In this document: positions 29,686 to 40,695 of the stretch, piece by piece
How positions within the stretch are numbered: position 1 is the stretch's first letter
How the letters are laid out: every line of letters starts with the position of its first letter
Position numbers and translations under genes: made by a program
Assembly (NCBI GenBank): GCA_963777505.1
Contig: CAVZQN010000004.1
Span: forward strand, 1,472,001-1,536,000
Length of the DNA stretch: 64,000 nt
Source: an uncultured bacterium
GTDB taxonomy: Bacteria > Acidobacteriota > HRBIN11 > JAKEFK01
Direction of reading: 5' to 3'
Notes under the pieces: generated by a model
Seen by the model: only the letters and a program-made list of their open reading frames with translations
What the model was told of the DNA's origin: nothing
Database searches by the model: none

Positions 29686-32330
29686 TATTCACCACTTTGT
29701 TGCAATAGTTTCGCAACCAGGCCTGTCCATCCTGTTTGGTGGCTTGCGCCGATTCCAGCTCCATTGTCGCCATGGAAATATTCATAAAACAAAATGTAAT
29801 CGCGCCAGTGGGGGTCTTCTTGAAATTTTTTCGCATCTCCAAACACCGGACGCCTCTGATTTTCATTTAACAAAAAGATATTGATTAACCGGTGTGATAA
29901 ATCACGTGCAATTTCCGAAAGGTCGCGATATTTTCCAGAACCCTTTGGGAATTCAACTTTGTATGAATCTCCAAGATAAAAATGAAATTTCTGCAGCGAC
30001 TCAATAATCAGGTAGTTCAAAGGAAACCAGATAGGGCCTCGCCAATTGGAATTTCCACCAAACAAAGCTGTAGCAGATTCTGCCGGTTCGTAATCCACAC
30101 GATGTTCATTTCCATTCACGTGCAGAATATATGGACGATCTTTATGGATTCTGGAAAGCGCTCGAATGCCATAAGGCGATAAAAATTCAGCCTCATCAAG
30201 CATGTAATTCAATACGCGTTTTAATCGGTGGGGGTTTACAAGTGAAAGAAATCGCCGGAAACCTTTTTCCCCCGTTTGTGTTTCGATGTAATCGCCTAAA
30301 TCTGGTCGATTTTCTATAAACCAGTGCATTCGACGCTTAAAGCCTGGAAGATGATCGATTTCCTCCGGGTCCAGAGTTTGAACAGCAAATAATGGAATTA
30401 AACCCACCATCGAACGAATCTTCATCGGAAAGTCTCCGCCTCCCGGAAGATGAAGTACGTCATAATAAAATCCGTCTTCTTCGTTCCATAATTCAATTCC
30501 ACCAGCAATGTTGTTCATGGCGTTGCATATAAATACAAAGTGTTCGAAGAATTTACTGGCTACATCTTCGTATGCTGAATCTACCCGTGCGAGTTCAAGT
30601 GCAATGCTGAGCATATTCAGACAATACATGCCCATCCAGCTTGTACCATCGGATTGTTCAATAAAGCCTCCCGTAGGAAGCGGAGCGCTGCGATCGAATA
30701 CGCCTATGTTATCGAGACCGAGAAAGCCGCCCTGAAAAACATTTCTGCCTTCAGTGTCCTTGCGGTTGATCCACCAGGTAAAATTCAACAAAAGTTTATG
30801 GAAAACGCGTTCAAGAAATTTAAGGTCACCGGTTCCTTTACGTTTCTTTTCAATTTTGTACACACGCCATGCAGCCCATGCATGAACCGGCGGATTCACA
30901 TCACCCAGCTTCCATTCATAAGCGGGAAGTTGTCCATTCGGATGCATATACCATTCACGCAAGAGCAAGACTAATTGTTCTTTCGCGAAATCGGGATCCA
31001 TGATTGCAAGCGGGATGCAATGAAATGCAAGATCCCATGCGGCATACCATGGATATTCCCATTTATCAGGCATCGAAATAACATCTGCGTTATATAGATG
31101 ATTCCATTGAGAATTTCGTCCCTTTTTTCGTTCTTGCGGTGGACGAGGTTGAGCGGGATCGCCTTTAAGCCAGCGATTCACATCATAGTGATAGAACTGT
31201 TTGCTCCATAACATTCCAGCAAGTGACTGACGCAGCACATTCTTTTTGTCTCCACTGAGTTTGTTTGGAATCACAGTTTCATAAAATTGATCTGCCTCTA
31301 ATTTGCGAAGTTGAAATGTTTTCTCGAATTCCGAGAACGGATTTTCAGTCTCTTTATCCGTGAAGGCTAACCGTATTTCTGATTGTTTCCCAGCTGCGAT
31401 TCGTAATTTGTACCATGCGGCTGCTTTTGTCCCTTTTTGTTTTGGATTTATAGCATCGTGTTTGTTGTGAATTACATAGTCATTGATTCCATCTTTGAAA
31501 TACTTTGATCCGTTTTCAGCGCCAAACAATCTCAGTGTGTTTGTTTCGTTTTCTGTATACAGAACTTCGGGAGAGCCCTCACAATAAAGCCATCGATAAC
31601 CGTAGGTGTCGCTGTTTAATCGAATTCCTTCACAGTTTGAAATTGGATTCGATTTGCGCAATCCAGGGCGACGTTCATCCAGTCCCGTATTCCAGGTATT
31701 CCTGAACCAGATAGTTGGTAATAAATGAAGATCCGCATCTTCCGCTCCGCGGTTAATGGCGCGAATTCGGATAAAAATTGTTTCTGGGTCGGCTTTCGCA
31801 TAATCCACAAAAATGTCGAAATAGCGGTCGTCATCAAAAATGCCTGTATCGATTAGTTCGAATTCAAGATCTTTCCGTCCGCGTATTTTGTTTTCTTCTA
31901 CCAGCCGGTGGTAAGGGAATTCTCGTTGTGCGTATTTGTAAAGAAACTCCATATAGGAGTGACTTGGAGTCGAATCCAGATAATAGTAATACTCTTTAAC
32001 ATCTTCTCCGTGATTTCCTTCAGTACCCGAGAGGCCGAAAATGCGTTCCTTTAGAATTGCATCGCGCCCATTCCAAAGTGATAATGCAAAACAAATTTTT
32101 TGATGACGATCTGATAAGCCTGCAATTCCATCTTCATTCCAGCGGTAGCTACGCGAACGTGCATGATCATGCGGAAAATAATTCCATACGATTCCTTCAG
32201 CGCTGTAATCCTCGCGAACTGTTCCCCATGCGCGCTCACTGAGATAAGGTCCCCAGCGTTTCCAATGCTCCTTTCGGTTTTCAGATGCTTCCAGTCTTCT
32301 TTCTTCTTCCGTTAGTTTTCGTTCAATCAT
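29682..32330 (-). CDS. GH63/MGH1-like glucosidase
   Basis: [59 protein letters not shown]. Confidence 0.92.
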   Translation of the reverse strand: MIERKLTEEERRLEASENRKEHWKRWGPYLSERAWGTVREDYSAEGIVWNYFPHDHARSRSYRWNEDGIAGLSDRHQKICFALSLWNGRDAILKERIFGLSGTEGNHGEDVKEYYYYLDSTPSHSYMEFLYKYAQREFPYHRLVEENKIRGRKDLEFELIDTGIFDDDRYFDIFVDYAKADPETIFIRIRAINRGAEDADLHLLPTIWFRNTWNTGLDERRPGLRKSNPISNCEGIRLNSDTYGYRWLYCEGSPEVLYTENETNTLRLFGAENGSKYFKDGINDYVIHNKHDAINPKQKGTKAAAWYKLRIAAGKQSEIRLAFTDKETENPFSEFEKTFQLRKLEADQFYETVIPNKLSGDKKNVLRQSLAGMLWSKQFYHYDVNRWLKGDPAQPRPPQERKKGRNSQWNHLYNADVISMPDKWEYPWYAAWDLAFHCIPLAIMDPDFAKEQLVLLLREWYMHPNGQLPAYEWKLGDVNPPVHAWAAWRVYKIEKKRKGTGDLKFLERVFHKLLLNFTWWINRKDTEGRNVFQGGFLGLDNIGVFDRSAPLPTGGFIEQSDGTSWMGMYCLNMLSIALELARVDSAYEDVASKFFEHFVFICNAMNNIAGGIELWNEEDGFYYDVLHLPGGGDFPMKIRSMVGLIPLFAVQTLDPEEIDHLPGFKRRMHWFIENRPDLGDYIETQTGEKGFRRFLSLVNPHRLKRVLNYMLDEAEFLSPYGIRALSRIHKDRPYILHVNGNEHRVDYEPAESATALFGGNSNWRGPIWFPLNYLIIESLQKFHFYLGDSYKVEFPKGSGKYRDLSEIARDLSHRLINIFLLNENQRRPVFGDAKKFQEDPHWRDYILFYEYFHGDNGAGIGASHQTGWTGLVAKLLQQSGEY

Positions 32331-32397
32331 TTTTTACCGATCCGTCATAATTTTCAGCGAGGCTCAGCCGGCCAGTGGCCAGCGTTACAAAACCGAT

Positions 32398-32937
32398 TCA
32401 GTACGTTACGCCGCCTGAAACAACAAACGCCATTACTTTTGCGCTTTCAGCATTTAGGGAGCGTACAGAACTTTTTGGATACAAAATCAGATTTCCCGCA
32501 AAATTGTAGGATTGCGGAAAATAAATGGCGACTTCATTTTGGAGATCGAATTGTTCAAGCGATTCCCGCGTCATAAAACCAATTGCCATAACACCGCTGC
32601 CAGGAATCAGTTCGACAACGACTGGCCTATCGAATCTTTTCCGTTCGCCAACAAAAGCAGTCATGATGTCTTTTACCGATGAATGAAGGAGCTTAACGAA
32701 CGGTAAGCGGTTCAGAATAGACTCAAGAAATCGAAGCAAGCTTCGTGTTAGGAAATTTGAAGCGAGAAAGCCAACGAGTGTTATTCCGGTCAGAATAACA
32801 AGGAATCCTGCGCCTGCCCAAGGGAGGGGTAACCAGTTGTCTACTATTACGAAAGCCTTGTAAATTACATACACCGTTATGGCAACAGGGACGACAAAAA
32901 TGAGACCTTCGAAAAAGTACCGTACAATCCGCTTCAT
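32398..32937 (-). CDS. DUF502 membrane protein
   Basis: Two N-terminal TMs, LPFVK.L.SS.KD, IGFMT, YFPQS, VVSGG. Confidence 0.88.
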   Translation of the reverse strand: MKRIVRYFFEGLIFVVPVAITVYVIYKAFVIVDNWLPLPWAGAGFLVILTGITLVGFLASNFLTRSLLRFLESILNRLPFVKLLHSSVKDIMTAFVGERKRFDRPVVVELIPGSGVMAIGFMTRESLEQFDLQNEVAIYFPQSYNFAGNLILYPKSSVRSLNAESAKVMAFVVSGGVTY

Positions 32938-33014
32938 GCTTCCTCCATCAAATATCGTCCTCGCAAACTACTCACGAGGCGCCGAATAACTGCTATAATA
33001 AGGAATTTTGAGGG

Positions 33015-34178
33015 GTGACCATGAGGCTCCATAACTTATTAGCAGCAGCCGTAATAACTCTCGTTTTCTGTCAGCTAGCCTATTCAAAAGAATGGTATCA
33101 GTTTTATGAAGATGGGAAAAAGGCCGTTGAAAAGAACAATTGTGCCGAAGGAACCAAGGCGCTTAAGGAAGCTATTCAGAAAAATCCCAAAGCAGATTTA
33201 AAAGCCAGACCCTATGGAACGATTCCATGGGAATATATTCCGCATTTTTATCTTGCAAAATGTGCTGTCCAAAGTGGCGACTACGCGGCTGCTGAAATGT
33301 ACATTGAAGAAGCGAAGAAAATCGACATGTTCTCTTCGTCAAAAGCCACGGAATTTCGAACGATGGTTAAAACTGTTCAAGATAATCTCAAGTCGCGTCC
33401 AACTGGAAATCAAATAGCACAGAACCAAAATCAAAATACAAATCCCAATCCCAATCCACCCGTGACTCAACCAAACATCACGAAACCGCCTGTAACCACA
33501 AACCCTTCGGTCGCTCCGAATGCTGAAGCCACAAAATTGGCAGCGATTAATCGAACTTTAGATGAGGCTCAATCAGCGTATGCGTCGGGTGATTATGATG
33601 AAGCACGAAATGCAGCGAATCGTGTGTTGATGCTAGATCGAAATAATCGTGAAGCTAATAGATTATTGTCACAGATTTCAAGCAAGGAAGGCGCAGAATT
33701 AGCGTCGCAGGCAAAAAAGCAAAAAATTGATGAAGTCAGACGCGCTATGAATCGTGGAGATCTGAGTGTTGCGGAAAGTTCGATCATTCAATTGCGCTCC
33801 GAATATCCAGGGGATCGTACAATTGAATCATTGGCGAATGAAATTCAACAAAAACGCTCATCACAAATGCAGAGTATGGGTGAAGCGGCAAAGCGTAAAG
33901 ATAATGAACGTCAGGTAATTCGAGCCTACTTCGAAGGTAAATATGTAGCCGCTGAACAATTTGCAGATACGTATCTATCCGAATATCCGAATAGCTGGAG
34001 GCTTCATTTCTATAAGGGATGTGCTCTTGCTGCACAAGGACTTACGGATCAAAATAATAAAGAATCCAGATTGGCACTGGCGCGTGCAGCGTTTCGTAAA
34101 GCACGCCAGAGCGGAGGGGATATCAAACAGCCACCTGAGGTTTCACCAAAAATTTGGGACATTTATAGAAATTCGTAA
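33015..34178 (+). CDS. Secreted TPR-repeat protein with Pro/Asn/Gln-rich linker
   Basis: Signal peptide ending AYS; helical TPR-like repeats; QNQNQNTNPNPNPP linker. Confidence 0.75.
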   Translation: MTMRLHNLLAAAVITLVFCQLAYSKEWYQFYEDGKKAVEKNNCAEGTKALKEAIQKNPKADLKARPYGTIPWEYIPHFYLAKCAVQSGDYAAAEMYIEEAKKIDMFSSSKATEFRTMVKTVQDNLKSRPTGNQIAQNQNQNTNPNPNPPVTQPNITKPPVTTNPSVAPNAEATKLAAINRTLDEAQSAYASGDYDEARNAANRVLMLDRNNREANRLLSQISSKEGAELASQAKKQKIDEVRRAMNRGDLSVAESSIIQLRSEYPGDRTIESLANEIQQKRSSQMQSMGEAAKRKDNERQVIRAYFEGKYVAAEQFADTYLSEYPNSWRLHFYKGCALAAQGLTDQNNKESRLALARAAFRKARQSGGDIKQPPEVSPKIWDIYRNS

Positions 34179-34190
34179 GAGGGGAACTGA

Positions 34191-36983
34191 ATGATCTGTC
34201 AGAAATGCGGAACTTCGATCCGTGAGGATGCGAAATTCTGTGCCAATTGTGGAACACCTGCAGGCCAGCCTGAAGTCGACCCTCGTCTATATGGAATTGA
34301 GAAAGCTCTCAATTTCAAATACAAAATCATCAAAAAAATTGGTGTTGGTGGATTTGCCGAAGTCTATCTCGGTGAACATACACAACTCGGACGACAAGTT
34401 GCGATCAAAATTCTAAGGCATGGTTTTGCCGGCGAAGATGAAATGATCGAACGATTTCGCCGTGAATCAAAATCTGCTGCAAAACTCTCCCATCCAAACA
34501 TCATCGACATTTATGATGTCGGCGAGAATGACGGTACTTATTACTTCGTTATGAAGTATGTTGAAGGCGAAACCCTGGGAAAGAAGATGCAGCGCGATCG
34601 TAAAGTCGCACCGCAAGAAGCTGTCTCTATCATTAAACAAGTTGCGGATGCGCTTGCATATGCACACGATCATGATGTTATTCATCGTGACATTAAGCCA
34701 GCGAATGTAATGCTGGATCAATACAAGAAACCAATATTAATGGATTTTGGAATCGCTCGCGTTCAATTCGAAGGCAATCTTACAAAAACGGGCACACTGA
34801 TGGGCACGCCTCATTACTTGCCGCCCGAACAACCATTAGGACGTCCTGTGGATGGGCGCAGTGATACGTATAGTCTCGGCATCATGTTTTATGAAATGCT
34901 GGCTGGAAGACCGCCATTTCATGATGAAAATTCCGTAACGCTGATTTTCAAGCATATCAACGAAGCCCCTCCTCCGCTCATTGATGCAAATCCAGAGCTG
35001 GCTCCGGAATTGTGCAGCGTCGTTCATAAGATGATTGAAAAGCTTCCAGAGAATCGCCATCAAACTGCGTCTGAAGTTGTCGATGCATTGGATGCATTAT
35101 CAGATTTGTATCCAATGAACACTCCAACATCAGGACGTGGTGGTCGTACAAGTGGAGGATCCACACGCAATACAGACCAGCTTTTGCAGCTTGCAAAAGA
35201 CAATTTGGAACTGCAGAAATTTGATAAGGCGATTGAGATTTATGCAACGATCGTCAAACGTGATCCTGAAAATCCTGTCGCAAAACAGGCAGTAGACGAT
35301 ATGTCATCGATTCTGGTCGATAGAATGCAAAAACATGTCGATGGTCACCAGTTTACTGAAGCAAGAATGATGTTAACGCAGCTCACAAAATTGCCGGGCG
35401 GTTCAGATGCAGCTTCTGAAATGAGAGTAGCTCTTGAGAGTGCTGAGCAAAGTCATGCAAAGGAATCCGAATTTCGAAATCATTTGAATGCTGCAAAAGT
35501 AGCTTTAGATCACGAAAATGCATCGGGCGCAATCGATAAACTTACGAAGGCATTGATCGTTGATCCTGCGAATCATGAAGCGCAAACAATGCTGAAACAT
35601 GCGCGAGCGCTGTATGAGTCCAATCGACAGAAAGCTGAATATGCTAATGCGTATTCCGAAGCGGAATATTACTTCGAGAAAAGTTCCTATGATCAAGCTC
35701 TCATTGCCGTCCGCAAGGCACTCGACATTGAAAATGATCCACAAGCAGTCGAAATGCATGACAGGATTCAGGCTGCCCAAAAAGAAAAAGCCTACAAGCA
35801 ATCTGAACAAGAAAGAATTCTTGCCGATGTCGATCAATTGTGTGAAAGCTTGGATTTTGACGGCGCACTGGATGTTTTGAACAAAGCCAAACAGGATTTA
35901 CCGGTTTTTGTTGAATCCAAGACTCGTGTTGTGGATCGCAACCACAATTTGTACCTGCAATTTGCACGAGCCAAAGAGAGTTTTCAATCGCGGTCCTGGG
36001 TAGATGCTGTAGAGCTATTCAGTGAATTTTTGGAGAAAAAACCTCCATATGATTTCCAGGTCTTTTATGGTTTACGCAAGGAAGCCGAAGAATCATTGAA
36101 GCTTGCTGAAAAAGAATCATCAATGGTAGATGCCGGCACTGAAAAGCGTAACAAACAAGCGATCAGTGCGCGTTTGAAAAGTGTAGATACTTTTCTGCGC
36201 ATGGGACAGTATGAACAAGCAAAACAGGAGTGTTTAGGGATCTTAAAAACATATCCTGGAGATGCTGAAGCCGAAAAGAAGTTGAAAGAGATTGAAGCAG
36301 TTCTCGCGCCGGCAAAAATTGATACAGATGAAATAAAAAAGATGGCGAAGGGTACTCCGGAGTATTCAAGCCAGACAGTTCAAGTGCCTGTACCTTCCGG
36401 ACGCGTACCGGTGGTGCCTCCAGCTCCTCCACCTCCACCTCGGCGCGCCGAACGGAAAACTCCAGCACCACAAGCTCCCGTGCCGGCCACAAAACCTGTT
36501 CCACCATCTCCAAAAGTTGCAGATCCCGTTCAACGATCAGTAGAAGCAACCGAGCCACGTTCCTTCCCGTTGAATTTTGTTCTCGGTGGTGTTGGTGTGC
36601 TGCTGTTAGTTGGCTTTCTCGCAATTTTTCTCTGGCCCCGCGATAAGGATGTGCCAGAAAATACAACGACAACCGTACCGACCGGACCTCCGAAAACTGA
36701 CCCAACAACCAATGTTCCGCCTGTGATTCCTACAATCAGTGTATCCATTGATGTCCTTCCATGGGCAAAGGTAAATATTTCAGGCGGAGGGTTAAAGGAA
36801 AGTATTACAGATACAACTCCAGCCATCATTTCACTGCCTCCAGGAAGATACGTTTTTGTATTTGAAAATCCGGATCTTCGAACATTTAAAGAAGAAGTCG
36901 ACGTCAATGAAAACAGCCGCAGCTTCAACTTCGCATTTCGTGACTTTGATGCTGGAAAAGTTGCTGACTCCCTCGTAGAATAG
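34191..36983 (+). CDS. Membrane Hanks-type Ser/Thr kinase (zinc ribbon, kinase, TPRs, Pro-rich linker, TM, PEGA-like)
   Basis: CxxC..CxxCG, GVGGFAEVY, VAIK, HRDIKPAN, DFG, GTPHYLPPE. Confidence 0.93.
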   Translation: MICQKCGTSIREDAKFCANCGTPAGQPEVDPRLYGIEKALNFKYKIIKKIGVGGFAEVYLGEHTQLGRQVAIKILRHGFAGEDEMIERFRRESKSAAKLSHPNIIDIYDVGENDGTYYFVMKYVEGETLGKKMQRDRKVAPQEAVSIIKQVADALAYAHDHDVIHRDIKPANVMLDQYKKPILMDFGIARVQFEGNLTKTGTLMGTPHYLPPEQPLGRPVDGRSDTYSLGIMFYEMLAGRPPFHDENSVTLIFKHINEAPPPLIDANPELAPELCSVVHKMIEKLPENRHQTASEVVDALDALSDLYPMNTPTSGRGGRTSGGSTRNTDQLLQLAKDNLELQKFDKAIEIYATIVKRDPENPVAKQAVDDMSSILVDRMQKHVDGHQFTEARMMLTQLTKLPGGSDAASEMRVALESAEQSHAKESEFRNHLNAAKVALDHENASGAIDKLTKALIVDPANHEAQTMLKHARALYESNRQKAEYANAYSEAEYYFEKSSYDQALIAVRKALDIENDPQAVEMHDRIQAAQKEKAYKQSEQERILADVDQLCESLDFDGALDVLNKAKQDLPVFVESKTRVVDRNHNLYLQFARAKESFQSRSWVDAVELFSEFLEKKPPYDFQVFYGLRKEAEESLKLAEKESSMVDAGTEKRNKQAISARLKSVDTFLRMGQYEQAKQECLGILKTYPGDAEAEKKLKEIEAVLAPAKIDTDEIKKMAKGTPEYSSQTVQVPVPSGRVPVVPPAPPPPPRRAERKTPAPQAPVPATKPVPPSPKVADPVQRSVEATEPRSFPLNFVLGGVGVLLLVGFLAIFLWPRDKDVPENTTTTVPTGPPKTDPTTNVPPVIPTISVSIDVLPWAKVNISGGGLKESITDTTPAIISLPPGRYVFVFENPDLRTFKEEVDVNENSRSFNFAFRDFDAGKVADSLVE

Positions 36984-37004
36984 TCGTAACAGTTTTGCAA
37001 ACCT

Positions 37005-37475
37005 ATGAATCGTTTCACGTTCTTTTTGTTGTGTCTTTTTCTTTCTGTAACAGCTTCTGTATTCGGAATTGAATCTGGTATCAACGTTTATGGCTTTTCG
37101 TATCATCCGGAACGAACCGATTCACAAGGAAATGGATTTCAAGAATGGAATCCAGGTGTGGGTTATCATGCAACATTACGAGAAACACATCACTCCATTC
37201 TTTTTGCGGATGCGGGAGTATTTTTAAATTCGCTGAGCAGTCCCACTTTGTTTTCCGCGGCGGGGGCTGAGTTAAAAATTCATAACGGAATAAGCGCTGG
37301 ACTATTTGGCGCTCTTATTTACAGCCGTGCTTACAATTTCGGAAAGCCTATCGTGGCTCCGCTCCCATCTTTATCGTTTCGGCACGGTCAATTCAGATTT
37401 AATGCGACATACTTTCCAAAGTACAAGCAGAATGAAAATGCAGCATTCGGCTTTTCGTTCACCTGGTTTCCATAA
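37005..37475 (+). CDS. Small outer-membrane beta-barrel, PagP-like
   Basis: Signal peptide, SYH, EWNPGVG, FLNS, alternating beta strands, aromatic C-terminus. Confidence 0.55.
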   Translation: MNRFTFFLLCLFLSVTASVFGIESGINVYGFSYHPERTDSQGNGFQEWNPGVGYHATLRETHHSILFADAGVFLNSLSSPTLFSAAGAELKIHNGISAGLFGALIYSRAYNFGKPIVAPLPSLSFRHGQFRFNATYFPKYKQNENAAFGFSFTWFP

Positions 37476-37496
37476 CACTACTCTGCTGTCCAAGGA

Positions 37497-38315
37497 GTGA
37501 AGATGAAGTTCTATGTGAGTCTCATAGCGTTCCTATTCATCCATTCGTCTGCTTTTGCGGAAGTTTCTTCATCCGTTTCGATGTTTCAATATCACCCTGA
37601 ACGGATCAAGGTAGGTACCGTGTATCACTATACAAAATCAAATTTGGATGGAACAAAGCCGGCAACAGTTTCGATATACATCAAAGCAGCTGATACTCTT
37701 GAAGTCTATAAAGCCGAAGAGGAAGTCATCGATGCGGCTCACATCATCGCAAAAATGGACTGGACATCATTTTCAGCGTCTGAGTTAGATTCAGGTCATC
37801 TACTTAAAGATGGAACTCGCAAGCCTGTAGCAACTCTGACACTTTCAAAGGCAGACAATACGCTTCAAGTCCGGATCAAGGATCAAAATGGCAGCACAGC
37901 AATCAATCATTATCCGGTACACATCTACAACTTTGATTTCATCAGCTTCAATTACATACTCCGCCATCTAAAGGATCCAACAAAAACTTTTGAGATTGGG
38001 ATCGCTGATCCGATTTTTCAAGGCGAAGGATTGATCAAATACAAAGGGAAAGTAAAAATTGAATTCGCCGGCGAAGCTCCGTGTCATCAAACAACATGCC
38101 GCAAATACAGAATTACCGGCGAACCATTTGGTGACAAAGAAGGTTTCATGTGGGTAAATAAAAAGGAAGGCTATGCTGAGAACATAGAAGTCCCCGTTCC
38201 GGACAATCCTGATTGGAACAGTTTTAAGTTTGAATTGAAAAAGGTTGAGCAAATGACGCCGGCACAATGGGAGACTTATAAGAAAAACAACATTGGCCGA
38301 AAACCGTATCCTTAG
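37497..38315 (+). CDS. Secreted hypothetical protein
   Basis: Signal peptide ending AFA; beta-rich; AAGGAG RBS. Confidence 0.7.
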   Translation: MKMKFYVSLIAFLFIHSSAFAEVSSSVSMFQYHPERIKVGTVYHYTKSNLDGTKPATVSIYIKAADTLEVYKAEEEVIDAAHIIAKMDWTSFSASELDSGHLLKDGTRKPVATLTLSKADNTLQVRIKDQNGSTAINHYPVHIYNFDFISFNYILRHLKDPTKTFEIGIADPIFQGEGLIKYKGKVKIEFAGEAPCHQTTCRKYRITGEPFGDKEGFMWVNKKEGYAENIEVPVPDNPDWNSFKFELKKVEQMTPAQWETYKKNNIGRKPYP

Positions 38316-38326
38316 TGTCTTTGCGG

Positions 38327-39671
38327 TTAAAACAAAAATAGATACGCAAGGAGCATTGCGGCAGCGGCACCAACGAGTGTGTTCATAAAGTTAATAATTT
38401 CATTATCAACAATCTTCATTTGTTCCAACGTTGCGCCAAGATAACTTTCAACAGTCGTCCCGATAAATCCAGCAACAACACAGATCCATCCGATCGTAAT
38501 ATTAATGGAGCCTAGCAAGATTCCGATACCGCATAGCACTGCGGATGCAACGATTCCTGCGAAGGTTCCTTCAAGCGAAACTGCACCTTCAGTTCCCACC
38601 GGAACGGGACGCAAAGTTGTAATCAGGATTGGATGTTTGCCAAGCACCTGACCAATTTCGCTGCTGACCGTATCTGCAGCTGCAGTAGCGAACGCTCCGA
38701 AAAATCCAGCAATAAAAATCAGTCCCTTATTTTCGGGAGAGAGCATCGCCAGAATCGCCAGGAATGCTCCCACAGAACAATTTGCCACTGCATTTTTCCA
38801 GCCTCTCGCGCCGCCTTTCTCTTGTGCAACTCCCATCGCTTTTTTGCGGGAGTATCCAAACTTGGTTGATGCTGATCCAAGAAAAAAGAACGTGAACAGA
38901 ATTATGAAAAGTTGATAACCACCAAATGTGTAAATTGTTGTTCCGATTAGTAACCCGCTAGCAAAGCCTGAAAAATTTACCATTCGTGCCGCGAAGGATG
39001 CGCCTGCCAAAGCTAGATTGATTGCAAAGCCCCACATGAAATTATGCAAAATTTGATCTTGATTTATGAAAACCAAGCTCGGATCGATTTGATTCAAGGC
39101 CAGCATAAAGAAGCCGGCGGAAATAGGAACTGTGAGATTATCGTTTAATCCGGAAGGAACTGTTTCAATCAGCGCTGCAAGTAATGTTGCAAGTACAGGG
39201 AATCATGATTCCATACCAAATCAAAGGTTCCGGGATCGTCTTCCTGATCCAGAATGTAAAGAACACAGCAGCTGCGCTGCCGAAAATAAAAAAAGCAATC
39301 GAACCTGCATAACTCCGCTCTGTGTTCCAGGGAATTTTTGCCGTTCCATACTTCTTTCCAACAAGCGATGCCATGCCGTCACCCCATGCCATGATTCCCC
39401 AGGCAGCGCCAACAATGTAAAGGTGATGTGGAAGTAATAAAATCAGAACTAAAACCGAAAAGGGATATAAAAGGATTCCAATTGGATAGCCACGCTGATG
39501 ATCATCATCTCGATATAAATGTTTTCCCCCAACTCGCGGCAAAATCAGAAAATTAAAGATGAATGCACAAAGAGCAATCAGGGCGCTCTGCCACCAGTTC
39601 AACCATCGTAAAAGAAATGCAAAGCCACTGGATCCAATGTGAACAGCCTTCCTCTTCAGTTCCGAATTCAT
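38327..39671 (-). CDS. Phytol/farnesol/dolichol-kinase-like domain fused to DUF92 (TMEM19/VTE6-like), split by a 1-nt insertion at 39198-39200
   Basis: N-half: ELKRKAVH, WGDGMASLVGKKYG, RSYAGS; after removing one base: IETVPSGLNDNLTVP; C-half: GGARGWKNAVAN, ADTVSSEIG, GTEGAVSLEGT, ESYLGA. Corrected ORF is 447 aa. Confidence 0.8.
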
Positions 39672-39705
39672 GGAATTATTTTCACCACAAAGACGCAAAG
39701 ATTAC

Positions 39706-40695
39706 TTAATTTTTTACGTAGCCTTCGTTCTTGAGCCAGCCGATCATTTCGATTAAGCCATCTTTTAAAGATGTGATTGAGTAACCCAATTCATTAATTG
39801 CACGACTACTGTCATAAGCCCAGCTCAGTTTATAAATTTCGACAACTTCGTGAGTCAAGAGTGAAGGCTCGCGTCCGAATATTTTCGCAAGCAAATATTC
39901 TCCGTAACCTGCCATCTTGGCCATGCTGAATGGCATGTTCATCGCTGGCGGTTTTTTCCCCGTTACTTCGTGCACAGTCTTGTAAAAGGATTCACCTGTA
40001 TGATTCTCGCCCCCAAGAATATAACGATTTGAAGGCGGAGTGTTTTCGATGACTTTAACAAAACCATTGACAACATCCTGAACAAAAACGTAAGACCATG
40101 CTTTGAGCGGCAATCCAAAAGGCATCTTTCCATTCAAGAAAGGAATGAGATTTTTTGCAACAATATTTCCATACGTTAAATTTCCGGGTCCATAAATAAC
40201 GGCTGGATACAATATGTATAACGGAAATCCTTCTTGTTGAAGTTTCCTCGCTTTTTGATCGGCCAGATATTTTGTTCGCTCATAATCATTGTGCAAAACA
40301 TTGCTGCGGCGCGCATCATCTTCTTTCAACAGTGTTCCATTGGAAGGTCCAAGCGCGATAAATGAAGATGCGTAAATGAATTTCTGGATGCCTGCGTCGG
40401 CTGACATACGGATCGCCTTTTCAGTTGCATCCACATTGACACGGTCGAATTGCGCGCTGTCACGTGCCCACATCTTTACAAGTGCGGCAATATGAACAAA
40501 TACATCTTGATCTCGCAGTGCTGACTGATACGTTACAGGGGATTCAATTTCGCCTTTGACAATCTTCACACCTTCGGGAAAGGAAAGTTTTTCCGGTGAA
40601 CGAACAAGTGTAGTAATTGCATGTCCGCGTTGGTGAAGTGTTTTTAGTAGTTCGTTGCCAAGGAAGCCGGTAGCGCCCGTCATGAAAATATTCAT
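39706..40695 (-). CDS. Extended SDR, farnesol dehydrogenase (FLDH)/HpnA-like
   Basis: TGATGFLG, HIAALVKMW, IYASSFIALG, YERTK, YPAVIYGPG.LT, RYILGGEN. Confidence 0.8.
   Translation of the reverse strand: MNIFMTGATGFLGNELLKTLHQRGHAITTLVRSPEKLSFPEGVKIVKGEIESPVTYQSALRDQDVFVHIAALVKMWARDSAQFDRVNVDATEKAIRMSADAGIQKFIYASSFIALGPSNGTLLKEDDARRSNVLHNDYERTKYLADQKARKLQQEGFPLYILYPAVIYGPGNLTYGNIVAKNLIPFLNGKMPFGLPLKAWSYVFVQDVVNGFVKVIENTPPSNRYILGGENHTGESFYKTVHEVTGKKPPAMNMPFSMAKMAGYGEYLLAKIFGREPSLLTHEVVEIYKLSWAYDSSRAINELGYSITSLKDGLIEMIGWLKNEGYVKN

Noticed and set aside
36163-37106. Long antisense ORFs (181 and 184 aa) over the kinase 3' end
   Set aside because: Shadow frames of a Pro/Thr-rich coding region with no recognisable motifs; the same applies to other antisense ORFs such as 5475-5864, 42289-42897 and 44416-44949.
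39198-39200. Programmed frameshift in the kinase-DUF92 fusion
   Set aside because: No slippery heptamer or stimulatory structure seen; other single-base insertions in the window point to sequencing error or a simple indel.
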